DNA of 63,466 nt, filler included, from Octopus bimaculoides (lineage: Eukaryota), in assembly GCF_001194135.2 (NCBI RefSeq). It is 5 parts of 4 records of this genome, joined end to end, with 100 filler letters (N's around TTAATTAATTAA, not from the genome) between each part and the next. Parts side by side here need not be neighbours in the genome. Positions count along the whole stretch, not along the records: positions 24,323 to 43,775 come from NC_068995.1; positions 43,876 to 55,432 come from NC_068985.1; 3 more parts are not named here. The stretch is one strand, 5' to 3'. The notes below the pieces were generated by a model. The model had not been told where the DNA came from, did not search any database, and saw only the letters and a program-made list of their open reading frames with translations. Numbering within the stretch: the first letter of the stretch is position 1; each line of letters starts with the position of its first letter. The position numbers were made by a program, and so were the translations under genes. Positions 40,538 through 51,729 of the stretch are shown one piece after another.

Positions 40538-40723
40538 ATATTGAAAATAAAAGGATAATAGGTGGTTAGGAAAATAAAGTCAATTAGAAAAGTGATTGAT
40601 ATAGATGTACAAATACATACATACATACATATANNNNNNNNNNNNNNNNNNNNNNNNNNNNNNNNNNNNNNNNNNNNNNNNNNNNNNNNNNNNNNNNNNN
40701 NNNNNNNNNNNNNNNNNNNNNNN

Positions 40724-40791
<68 letters not shown>

Positions 40792-40792
40792 T

Positions 40793-40960
40793 GGCGTAGG
40801 CGTAGCTGTGTGGTAGGAAGCTTACTTCCCAGCCATATGATTCCGGGTTCAGTCCCACTGTGTGGAACCTTAGGTAAATGTCTTCTACTATAGCCTCTGG
40901 TCGATCAAAACCCTGTGAGTGGATTTGGGAGAAGGAAAATGAAAGAAGCCCGTTGTATAT
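40793..40960 (+). mobile_element. SINE family B 5-prime half
   Basis: ggcgtaggcgtagctgtgtggtagg...ccgggttcagtcccactg. Confidence 0.85.
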
Positions 40961-41168
40961 GTGTGTGTGTGTGTGCGCGCGCGCGTATGTGTGTATGAAT
41001 AAAAATGGTTTCGATACCAGTTCACTACTGGTATGTTATTATTATCAAAAACTAACAAATGAAATTCAAAATTTGATCTTAACGAGATTTGAACTTAGCA
41101 TGAAAAGACTCCAAACTAAATATCGAACGGGAAGAGCCATTTTAGTTCGTAGCCATTTAAAGTCAATG

Positions 41169-41231
<63 letters not shown>

Positions 41232-41566
41232 GCATCATGACAATAAATAGACTGGGCAGAAGAAAATGCAAAAGTGAACGACAGCCAAAACAACAAAAAG
41301 CAAGCGGTAGGAGAACAACAAGAATAACCGGAATCACTCAAAAATTTCATCATAATGGCCCTAAACGGTGTTTTAATGTAAACTACATTAAGCGCATATT
41401 GTATTCCCTTATTGCTTTATGGATCTTATTGCTGTAATCAGTTTAGCTTGTAGTTGCAATAAAGATCTGGCTTAATATAGCACATAAAACGTATTGAGAA
41501 TAACCAAGCAAACTGTAGATTTAGATAACGAAAATACGAGATTTTGTGAATACAGAATAAGACCAC

Positions 41567-41567
41567 A

Positions 41568-41601
<34 letters not shown>

Positions 41602-41638
41602 TCAACCATCATCATCATCATCATCATCATTATCATCA

Positions 41639-41694
<56 letters not shown>

Positions 41695-41716
41695 GTTGTT
41701 GTTGTTGTTGTTGTTA
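41567..41716. repeat. Compound (CCA)(TCA)(ATT)(GTT) microsatellite
   Basis: Direct reading. Confidence 0.95.
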
Positions 41717-41734
41717 TTGCCGGACAAAATGATT

Positions 41735-41905
41735 AGCGGCATCTTTCCCTGCAGAATACTTCCTGTGTTCAAATTCTGCAGAGGTCGATTTTGCCTCTCT
41801 TTCTTTCGGGGTCGATGAACTATACACCACTTGAGTACTGAGTTCGATGCAATCGACTAGTCCCCCTCCTCCAAAGTTTCAGGCATTGTACCTATAATAG
41901 AAAGG
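41735..41905 (+). mobile_element. SINE family A
   Basis: ttcaaattctgcagaggtcgattttgcc...cggggtcgatg core. Confidence 0.8.
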
Positions 41906-41932
41906 CTTCTTTTTCCTGCTATTGTTCTTCTT

Positions 41933-41968
<36 letters not shown>

Positions 41969-42510
41969 TGATAAAAACCTTCAGGATATTTTGCTGGTGA
42001 TGATGGAATGTGTCAGCTGCCCACCGCAACCAACAGACAATTGTTTACAGGTTTGAAGAACCTTGCAGAAAACTCTTTCAGCTCCAAGCAATGATGATTT
42101 TTATAGGTGTTCCATCTCAGCATTTTTGAACCAATCTTTTTGAACCACATTGGTAGTTGAGTTCTGATACTTCCAAGCATGCCAATCACTGTTGGTATCA
42201 CGTCCACTCTCCTCATCGCCCACAACCTGCGTATTTCCCACTTCAATATATCATAGTTGTTCACTTTTTCTTCTTCTTTTTCTTCGATCCTGTCCTCACC
42301 AAGATATGATATGTCAATTATGAGGCATGTTTTTTTTTTCATTTTCTATTCACCACAATAATGTCCGATCTGATGGTCACGTTGAATCATTGCACCCCAC
42401 AGGATTTTGCAGTCTTCATTCTTAGTAACTCTCTCTGAGATTACGTCATGCAGCGTCTTTCATCTTTTTAGGCAATAATTTCCACAGAGTTCCCAATGGA
42501 TCATATTATT
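41969..42510 (-). mobile_element. R4/Dong-type RLE-domain fragment whose 3-prime end abuts (TAA)n
   Basis: KKKTCLIIDISYLGEDRIEEKEEEKVNNYDILKWEIRRLWAMRRVDVIPTVIGMLG; (ATT)n at 41935-41968 is (TAA)n on the element strand. Confidence 0.9.
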
Positions 42511-42514
42511 TCAT

Positions 42515-42695
42515 GCACGCTGGGCAAAATGCTGAGTAGCATTTCGTCCGTATTTAAGTTCTGAGTTCAAATTCCGTCGAGGTCGACTTTGGTTTCATCC
42601 TTTCGGGGTCGATAAATTAAGTACCAGTGAAACACTAGAGGTCGATGTAATCGACTAGTCCCCTCCCCTCAAATTTCAAGCTTTGTACCTACAGC
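42515..42695 (+). mobile_element. SINE family A at the 5-prime break of the Dong fragment
   Basis: Near-consensus core. Confidence 0.85.
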
Positions 42696-42786
42696 AGTGA
42701 GAGAGGGAGAGAGAGATACACAAATGAATATATATATGTTGATATCCATCTATCTCTCTATCTATATAATTATATACATATATATG

Positions 42787-42860
<74 letters not shown>

Positions 42861-43443
42861 TGTATATATACATATACATACATATACATACACACATATA
42901 TACATACATGCATTTATACATACATATATATGTGTGTGTGTTTCGACTTGTGCATGTTTTTGGTTATTTTTTTCGGTAGGGGCGGGGAAGGGTATTCTTG
43001 AACGAAAGTTGTTATATTTCTTATTTCTTAGTTTTTTTAAACATTTTTGTTGTTGTTGTTGTTTGTTTGTATAGTTTCGTTGTATAGCTTCTCGTGTCTC
43101 TGGTATAAACGTCCCCGAAGATGTTATCATCGCCTCTGCTGTCTCATCGCGAGCCGTTCAGCTTGGCTAATGGCCGTATTATACAACTCTATCAAACGAC
43201 TTTATCTTACAAACTCGCAACGAGACATTGATTCGTTAAAAATCAATCAGATTGCAGAAGACTTTTCACGGGTGTCGATTCTTATTCAATAACAACTGAT
43301 ATCGACTGAAAGGCCATTAAATTTCTTTCTTTCTTTCTCTATTACGTTACTACTTGTTTCTCTATTATCATTGTTGTTATTATTGTTATAGGTGTTGTTG
43401 TTCTTCTTCTTCTTGATGATGTCGATGTTGTTCTTATTGTTAC

Positions 43444-43489
<46 letters not shown>

Positions 43490-43819
43490 GCCACCAGCTT
43501 CATCATCATCATCATCATCATCATCATTATCACCATCGTCAGCATTATGAATGCTGGTGGCGGTGGTATTGTTGTTGTTTCCATTGTTATTTTCCTTCTT
43601 CCTGTCTTACTGGGTCTTTTTCTTTTCTTTTTTCCTTGCGCACGCGCGTGCGGGGGGGTGCAGTCGGTTGGGAGAAAGGGGTGGTTAGCTTTACAAGGTA
43701 GCAATCTAAATATTTATGTATGAGTATGTGTGGGTTTGTGCATGACTATGATATCACACACACAGAGAGGCTCACNNNNNNNNNNNNNNNNNNNNNNNNN
43801 NNNNNNNNNNNNNNNNNNN

Positions 43820-43831
43820 TTAATTAATTAA
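43820..43831. other. Assembly gap linker TTAATTAATTAA
   Basis: 44 N + 12 + 44 N. Confidence 0.95.
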
Positions 43832-43875
43832 NNNNNNNNNNNNNNNNNNNNNNNNNNNNNNNNNNNNNNNNNNNN

Positions 43876-43932
<57 letters not shown>

Positions 43933-43934
<2 letters not shown>

Positions 43935-44366
43935 CACTGGAGTGACTGAGTGGAAAGAAGCTTGCTTGCCAACCACATAGTTCCGGGTTCAGTCCCAATG
44001 TTTGGCACCTTGGGCAAGTATCTTCTACTATAGCCTCGGGCCGACCAAAGCCTTGTCAGTGGATTTGATAGATGGAAACTGAAAGAAGCCCTTCGTGTAT
44101 ATATTTATATATGTATGTATTTGTTGTATATATGTATGTATGTATGTATGTGTATGTGTGTGTGTGTCTGTGTTTGTCCCCTCACCATCGCTTGACAACC
44201 AATGTTGGTGTGTCTACACCCCTGTAAGTTAGCGGTTCACCAAAAGAGACCGATAGAATAAGTACTAAGCTTACGGAGAATAAGTCCTGGGGTCGAGTTC
44301 TTCGACTAATGGTGGTGCTCCAGCTTGGCCGCTTTGAAATGACTAAAACAAGTAAAAGAATAAAAT
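43933..44366 (+). mobile_element. SINE family B, full length
   Basis: Colinear with 18158-18590, including the internal microsatellite. Confidence 0.9.
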
Positions 44367-44961
44367 AACGTGTGTGTGTGCATGTGTGTGTGTGTGTGAG
44401 AGAGAATACATGCATCATTCATGCATGATATATATATACATATATACTTTCATACATACAGTATACATCGAAGATACATGTACCACACATACATGCAAGC
44501 ATACATACAAACACACATACAAACAACAGAGAAACAAACACACGTACATACATAAACACACACATACATTCATACATGCATACATACGTGCATGGATACA
44601 CACGCACACACTCAAACATACATACATACATACATACATACATACATACATACATACTATCTGGTCACTCAACAGCCCCAAAATGCAATTGGTACATAGA
44701 ACTTGCTAACATATTAACATCACTACAACTTCCTTATTCGTCAGCAACCTATTAAAATCTCTAATAATTTGACAAAACTTTTCCCATACCGGCCACGGTC
44801 GAATCCGTGTCCCAAAGGTTATGCTTCATTCCAGAGCAAGAAAATATTTCAGCTGTTACTGGCTATCATTCTCCACTACACTAGGGCGCCTTACGTTAAA
44901 GCACTCCACTCATTTCGCCTGAATTACCTTAGCCTTTCTCAGTATCCTGACGGTATCTCAC

Positions 44962-45013
44962 CTGTGGGTTTTGAATTATTTGTCCACTCTTTCCCCTTTT
45001 AACAGTATTCAAA
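44962..45013 (-). CDS. Candidate exon LNTVKRGKSGQIIQNPQ, phase 2 to 0
   Basis: Acceptor ttttcattttacttcccttcttaAG, donor CAG|gtgaga, one open frame. Confidence 0.3.
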
Positions 45014-45236
45014 CTTAAGAAGGGAAGTAAAAATGAAAAAATACTAAGTCACTGGACAAAAAAAAAATGAAAGAAAAAAGAGAATATAGAGAAAAACAGA
45101 GAATGAATGAAAGGAAAAAAATAAAGGGTGGAGGAAAAAATCTAAGAAAAAGGGGAAAAGACCGACTAACAGACAGAAAGACAGCAAGAAAAAACATGGA
45201 CAGACATACAGACAGGCAAGCAGGCAGGACAAACAA

Positions 45237-45299
<63 letters not shown>

Positions 45300-45300
45300 T

Positions 45301-45357
<57 letters not shown>

Positions 45358-45366
45358 TAGATAGAT
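45237..45366. repeat. (TAGA)n-(CAGA)n compound tetranucleotide repeat
   Basis: Direct reading. Confidence 0.95.
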
Positions 45367-45594
45367 ACTTAGGGAGGAGGCAAGAAAGAGAGAAAAAGAA
45401 GACTTAAATGGACTGAAGAGAAAGACAAATTGATGTGCAGCATCCGAGAAAAGAAGTAAATCACTGGCCTAAGGGACATAACTTTATCATCCTTGAATCA
45501 TGTCTGGTAACACAAAAGGGTCTTTAGTGTCTGGAACACGCTTATAAAAACAAATGTTCTCTCTGACTAGGAATAAAGATTGTGTACACACTCT

Positions 45595-45641
<47 letters not shown>

Positions 45642-46189
45642 TGTTGTACTTGGGGATGGTCATATTGCCAGTTTAGCCAATAAAAACACACGCACTGTAT
45701 ATTTGGTGTTAATTTTTTTTTTTTTTTCAGCTTTATATTACATTAATCTTAATCTTATTTCGGCCAGAGTTCTTTCGTCACACTTCTGTGACCTCATCAT
45801 ATATATATATATATATATACACTCATATATACATACATTCATATATACATACATATACACACACACACATATATATATAAAAATAATAAATGAGTATATG
45901 CATATATACGTACATGTATGTACATACCTACATCTACATGTATATATAGATGCATATCTGGGTACAGGACGTTGCAAAAAAAAACATGGACAAGATGATA
46001 AACAGAGTACAGAAAACACACAGGTCACATAGAGAACATTTCCTTCATCAGCTGCCACCATTCTGAAACTAAGCGTTTCGAAGAGTTGGGGTAAAATCAG
46101 TAATAATTTTACCAGGTGCGGAAATATAAACTTCGTAGGTAAATTTTTTCAAAATATTTTATAATTATATACATAATTACAACAATGGA

Positions 46190-46560
46190 TCGACTTTACG
46201 CCTCACCACGCACTATATCCAAATTCAGGATGTGGAGCAGATAACATCCAGGCTACACGTTTCTTAGCTCGCAGAGCCTCTGATGTGATAGTCACTCAAC
46301 GAATTATTACATCAGAGGATTTGCTAGCTAGGGAAAATGTATTCCTTGGGTTTTACCTGCTCCACTCCCTCAATTTAGATTTTAATGCGCATTCATAGCA
46401 ACTGAAGTTGTTTACCGAGTTGCAAAAACATTTTTTCAGCTTATTGAACTTCGATATGGAGAAAGCTTACAACCTTCGACGCCAATAAACGTTGTTCTTT
46501 ATACCTACCACGGACTTCTCGTAGCTTACAAACTTCCTACACTTAGATTCTTGGATCTTA
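46190..46560 (+). mobile_element. Possible highly decayed LINE RT fragment
   Basis: FFSLLNFDMEKAYN resembles the RT motif FDLEKAYD; nothing else clearly alignable. Confidence 0.3.
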
Positions 46561-46673
46561 TTACATATCGATAAATGTGTGTGTGTGTGTGGGTATATGT
46601 ATATATATATATATTTAATTATTTATTTATGTGTTTCAGCCAAGTGGCTGCGGTCATGCTGGTGCACCACCGT

Positions 46674-46704
<31 letters not shown>

Positions 46705-46716
<12 letters not shown>

Positions 46717-46915
46717 TTTTATTTTTTTATTTGTTTCAGTCATTTGACTGTGGCCATGCGGGAGCACCGCTTTTACTCGAAGAAATCGACCCCAAGACTT
46801 ATTCTTTGTAAGCCTAGTACGTATTCTAACGGTCTCTTTTGCCGAAACGCTAAGTTGTGGGGACGTAAACAGACTAACACCGGTTGTCAAGCGATGGTGT
46901 GGGGACAAACTCTGA
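46705..46915 (-). mobile_element. SINE family B 3-prime half
   Basis: Reverse complement of the family B tail and body. Confidence 0.85.
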
Positions 46916-46970
46916 CACACAAACACACACATACACACACATGCACACACACACACACACACACACACAA

Positions 46971-47016
<46 letters not shown>

Positions 47017-47017
47017 A

Positions 47018-48225
47018 TTAAGTCATTACAGAGATAATGCGCTTTTTTCAATTGCATGAACCAAACACCGGACAGGTATAGGATAAACTACCTGCATCAA
47101 CTTGCTATAAAAGCAGGTAGTAATTTTACCTTGTGTTTATTCTTAGTGCAAGTTTTGAAGAGTACAGCTCGATTTTATTTTTTCAAAGCTATAATGGAAG
47201 TGACAAAGGAGCACATTCGGCGTAGTCTGCTTTATGAGTTCAATAAAGGCAACAACGCAATGGAAATTGCGAGGAATATTAATGCAGTATATGGGAATCG
47301 AACAATAAGCGTAAGCCAGTGTCAACAGTAATTCCAGATAGTCTGAGTCGGAAACTACAGCCTAGAAGACGAGCCTCGTCCTGGGAGATCTGTAGAGCTT
47401 GACGAGGATGTCCTGCAAACCCTGGAGAAACAAAATCCCATCGTAACTGTTGCTGATTTGGTCATTCAACCATTCATCGACACTTGCGTGTCATCGGAAA
47501 AGTCAGCAAATTGGGTCAATGGGTTCCTCACAAACTTCCCGAGTCTAATCACGCGTAGAGAGTGAATGTGTGCTCTTCTTTGCTATCACGTCTCAGGAAT
47601 GAACCTTTTTTTGGACCGAATAGTGACTGGTGACAAGAATGGGTTCTCTATAAAAACGACAAGTGCCGAAGACAGTGGGCAGAGAAAGAAGAAACGCCGG
47701 CACCCCAGGCTAAAGCCTTCTCCCACGTAAGATGTTGTTATCTGTTTGGTGGGATATGAAAGGTTTAGCCCACTTTGAACTTTTAAACTCAAACCAAACG
47801 ATAACAAAGGAGATATACTGCGAGCAGCTTGAGCGGTTGAAGTCAGTGCTAGAAGAAAAACGACTATTTTTGGTTTCAAAACGAAAGGTGTTCTTCCATC
47901 AGGATAATGCTCGGCCACATACAGCGAGGATAACATTCCAAAGGCTGAAGCAGTTTAAATGGGAAACGATGTCCCACGCACCAGATTTGTCGGACATTGC
48001 CCCATCTGATTATCATTTATTCCGCAGTCTTCAAAATTATTTGGATGGAAAAAATATGAATTCTGTAGACGAGGTCAGAACTGTACTGGAGGAGTATTTT
48101 TCGCCACAAACAAGTGAATTTTGGAAAGGGGCCTTACAAGTCTACCAGATAGATGGAAGAACATTGTAGAAAATGAAGGAGAGTATATTTTCGAATAAAA
48201 AAGAACTTTGTTTATCTTAACTTTG
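47018..48225 (+). mobile_element. Mariner (DD34D) element with decayed full-length transposase (47194-48198); 3-prime TIR missing
   Basis: MEVTKEHIRRSLLYEF, WVPHKL, IVTGDK, HQDNARPH, DIAPSDYHLFRSLQ; 34 residues counted between the second and third Asp; stops and frameshifts. Confidence 0.92.
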
Positions 48226-48235
48226 TGATATCAAT

Positions 48236-48795
48236 CTCCTATTTTGTGTAACTTCACAGGTAAAAATCACATGGAATGAGATCTGGACTTGTTGGAGGCC
48301 ATTCATGAGGTCCGCATCGTCCCATCCAACGTCCTGGAAAATGTTGGTCTAACCACGCATGCACAGTAAGAGCAAAATGGGGTGATGAACCATCTTGCAC
48401 TAATATCAAGTCACCAATGTTATCCCAGCCACACGTAATTTTCGAGCATCTGAAGATAACGGTCCGTAATCATGCTGTCACGCAGAAGATATGCGTCGAC
48501 GACTCTTGTTGCTGTCATTCCGTTGCACATGGTCACTTTTGATCGAACTTGCATCCTCTCAACCGTCATGTTCGGATCCTAATCACACGATGCCCAGTAA
48601 TGGCAGTTGTGACGATTGATGAAACCACCTCTTCACTCCAGAGGATATTTTCAAACAATTCAGGTCAATCTTCATGCCAACCTAGCCTTAACTCTCCATA
48701 TTCCATTCTGCGGTCACAGTCTTCAGATTCTAGCTCCTGCACGTAATGGGGTTTCCACGGACGAAAATTTAATTCTTTATGCAACACCCTACACA
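48236..48795 (-). mobile_element. Tc1/mariner DD41D (rosa/Visitor-type) transposase fragment
   Basis: LNFRPWKPHYVQEL...VQDGSSPHFALTVHAWLDQHFPGRWMGRCGPHEWPPTSPDLIPCDFYL*SYTK; 41 residues counted between QD and CD. Confidence 0.88.
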
Positions 48796-49640
48796 ATACC
48801 TATCAAAAATGTGATGCGCCCACAAACATTTAAGAAACAAGATGAAGAAGAAAGAATAAGCGAGAGGAAAATGAAATCACTGCATGGGAAATACATCAGA
48901 GAAATCGGAAGGAAAGACAAAACCGAAACTTGAAGATGGCTAAGAAAAAAATATCTGAAAGGATGCACCGAGGTATTGATATACCGAGTCCAGGAACAAA
49001 CTGTGAGAAGTAATTATACCAAGTTCCAAATAGATAAGAGCAGCGAATCGCCCCTTTGTAAGATGAGTGGAAGTACGATAGAATCTCACATTTTGTGAGT
49101 GAGTGCACCAATCTGGCCCCAAAACACTACAAAAGGGGCACGATGATGTGGCTAAGTTTGTTCACTAGAGACTAAGTAAAAAGTACGGCCAGGACAGAGC
49201 ACGGAAATGGTATGAACATGAACCAGAAGGAGTCATCGAGAACAATAAATATAAGATAGTGTGGGGGGAGGGGGTTATAATCCAGTGTGACTATCCAATA
49301 GATGTTCGGAGACCAGACACTGCTGTGGTAGATAAAGGAAAAAGGAAACCAAGATTATAGATATTGGAATACCAGGGGATGCACGCATAAGTGACAAAGA
49401 ACTGGAAAAGACGGAAAAGTAGACTACTAGAAGACGAAATTGCAAGAATGTGGACTATGAGGAGAGTGTGTTATTCTAGTAGTTGTAGGGGTACTTGGAG
49501 CACTAACAACCAAGTTCGAAAAATATGTCAGAGAAATCGGAATTGACGTGAGCAGAGCAAGTCCAAAAAAACAAAACAAAAAAAAACTGCTCTGCTGAGG
49601 ACAGATAGGATTTTGAGATTGGTACTTGGGTGTTGTATGT
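48796..49640 (+). mobile_element. R4/Dong-type non-LTR fragment: zinc-knuckle region, HDD/RHD motif and RLE endonuclease
   Basis: KSLHGKYIREI, ESPLCKM, SECTNLAPKHYK..HDDVAK, KWYEHEPEGVIENNKYKIVW, RRPDTAVVD, IIDIGIPGD, TALLRTDRILRLVL across frameshifts. Confidence 0.9.
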
Positions 49641-49654
49641 TTTCCACACGCATG

Positions 49655-49980
49655 AATCAGGGGTTAGAGTGTCGGGCTCAGAATCATGAGGTAGTGAGTT
49701 CGATTCCCAGACCGGGCTGCGTTTTGTGTTCTTGAGCAAGACACTTTATTTCACGTTCCTTCAATTCACTCAGTAGTAGGAATTAGTTGCGATGTCACTG
49801 GTGCCAAGCTGTATCAGCCTTTGCCTTGCCCTTGGATAACATCGGTTGCGTGGAGAGGCGAAGCTGGTATGCATGGGCGACTGCTGGTCTTCCATAAACT
49901 CCCTTGTCTGGTCTTGCCTTGGAGAAGAACTTTCTAGGTGCAATCTCATGGTCATTCATCACCGAAGGGCGTCTTTATCA
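49655..49980 (+). mobile_element. SINE family C, best-preserved copy
   Basis: tRNA-like head ggttagagtgtcgggctcagaatcatgaggtagtgagttcgattccc, then ttgtgttcttgagcaagacactttattt. Confidence 0.85.
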
Positions 49981-50094
49981 AAGCTTATAATATGCGGAAA
50001 GAGACATTATGAGACCTCGGTCAACAGGACCGAGTGCTCTGAAAAGTAAAACAATAACAATAACAATATTAAATTTTTCCATTTTAGGAGAGAA

Positions 50095-50228
50095 AATGTG
50101 TCGATTACATCGACCCCGAGAGGATGAAAAACAAAGTCGACCTCGGCGGAATTTGAACTTAGAACGTAACGACGGACAAAATACTGCGAACCTTTTCACC
50201 CGGCGTGCTAACGATTCTGCCAGCTCAA
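50095..50228 (-). mobile_element. SINE family A
   Basis: Near-consensus core. Confidence 0.85.
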
Positions 50229-50404
50229 TAATACTAATGAATTTTAAGATTGTGATTTAAGTTTTAATTCGAAGTTTTCTACATACAAGGGACATTACTC
50301 CCGCCGATTTTCGTTTCCCTTTATGTAAAGGGTTATTTCATTATTTTCCTTTGTAGTTGCCATTGTATAAAGGGAGTTTACTCTCAGTATCTTTAGTGAC
50401 ATCT

Positions 50405-50540
50405 TTTTTTCTACACTAGGCACAAGACCAGAAATTTTGGGGGAGGGGGGCCAATCAATTAGATCGACCTCAGTACGCAACTGGTACTAAGTTTATTGAC
50501 CCTGAAAGGATGAAAGGCAAAGTCCACCTCGGCGGATCTT
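50405..50540 (-). mobile_element. SINE family A 3-prime half
   Basis: ttctacactaggcacaag...gtactaagtttattgaccctgaaaggatgaaaggcaaagtc. Confidence 0.85.
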
Positions 50541-50989
50541 TTTGAAGGTGGTTTGACGTAAAGTCTTTTTTCTTTCTTCCTCGATTCTTTCTGTCACTAT
50601 AACTGCTTCAAAAAGTGATGCACTGATCACTTCTTCAGTATATTCCTCCCCAAGAACTATATAACCCTCCGCTTAAGTGTTTTTCCTATAAACACCAACT
50701 TCCAGACATTCAAGTTAACATTGGCCACACAACAATCAATCCCACCTGTCTGTGTGTCTCATTGATCCTATTTTCCTGTATGTCGTCTTCTCTTTCAGTT
50801 CTTTTTTGCTTTCTCCTTGTTTTTTCTTCCCACCATTTGGCTGAACTTCTTTCAAAAAAAAAGTCTTCTTATGAAGAAAATAAGCACTAATCGAAGAAGA
50901 TCAGCAAATTTTAATTTTAAAATAGTCCCATGACATAAAATATAAATTCTAATACACAATTCAACAAGATATATTTTATTTTTTGCCTT

Positions 50990-51160
50990 TTTCTTGTTTC
51001 AGTCATTAGACTGGCAATGCTGGAGCACTGCTTTAAAAGGGTTATTACTTATCTTTCAATATTTTTTCTTAGATATGGTACTTATTCTATCGGATCCATT
51101 TCGCCGAACAGCTAAGTTACGGGAACGTAAACAAATACCGGTTGTCAAGTGATGGTGGAA
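50990..51160 (-). mobile_element. SINE family B 3-prime half
   Basis: cttgtttcagtcattagactggcaatgctggagcac. Confidence 0.75.
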
Positions 51161-51190
51161 GAGCAAACCACAAACACAAAAAAACATACA

Positions 51191-51223
<33 letters not shown>

Positions 51224-51295
51224 GTCTGTATATTTATATATATGTGTGTGCGTGTATATACATATATACATATATATATATATACATACATACAT

Positions 51296-51352
<57 letters not shown>

Positions 51353-51729
51353 CAATTATAATAAAGGATAAAATCATTTTAAATTTTATCTGTGGCCAGC
51401 ATATAAAAATAGACCTTTTAAGGTGATGATTTAAAGTGGTTGGACGATTTAGCGTCTCTTTCCAGCATATGTGCTAGATTATTTCTATGCCCTTAGCGAC
51501 AGTTCGTCGCTGAAAAAAGCATATAGTATTTTGCGAGTGGGGTGAGTTTTCATCAAGAGCTGGTGATTAACTCACGCTGAGGACGGGGAACCATATTGAA
51601 ACTCGAGTCCGTATCACATAAGGCTAGGGTTGGGAGCGATGACCTCCCCTTGCAAATACTAATCGGACACAGAATGTATGTCGTTAGCCAGCATGAAGAG
51701 ATGTCTTCCTAGAGCTACAACGCACAGTT

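Noticed and set aside
3050-49980. tRNA-like A/B boxes in SINE heads as tRNA genes
   Set aside because: No complete cloverleaf; each continues directly into a SINE body.
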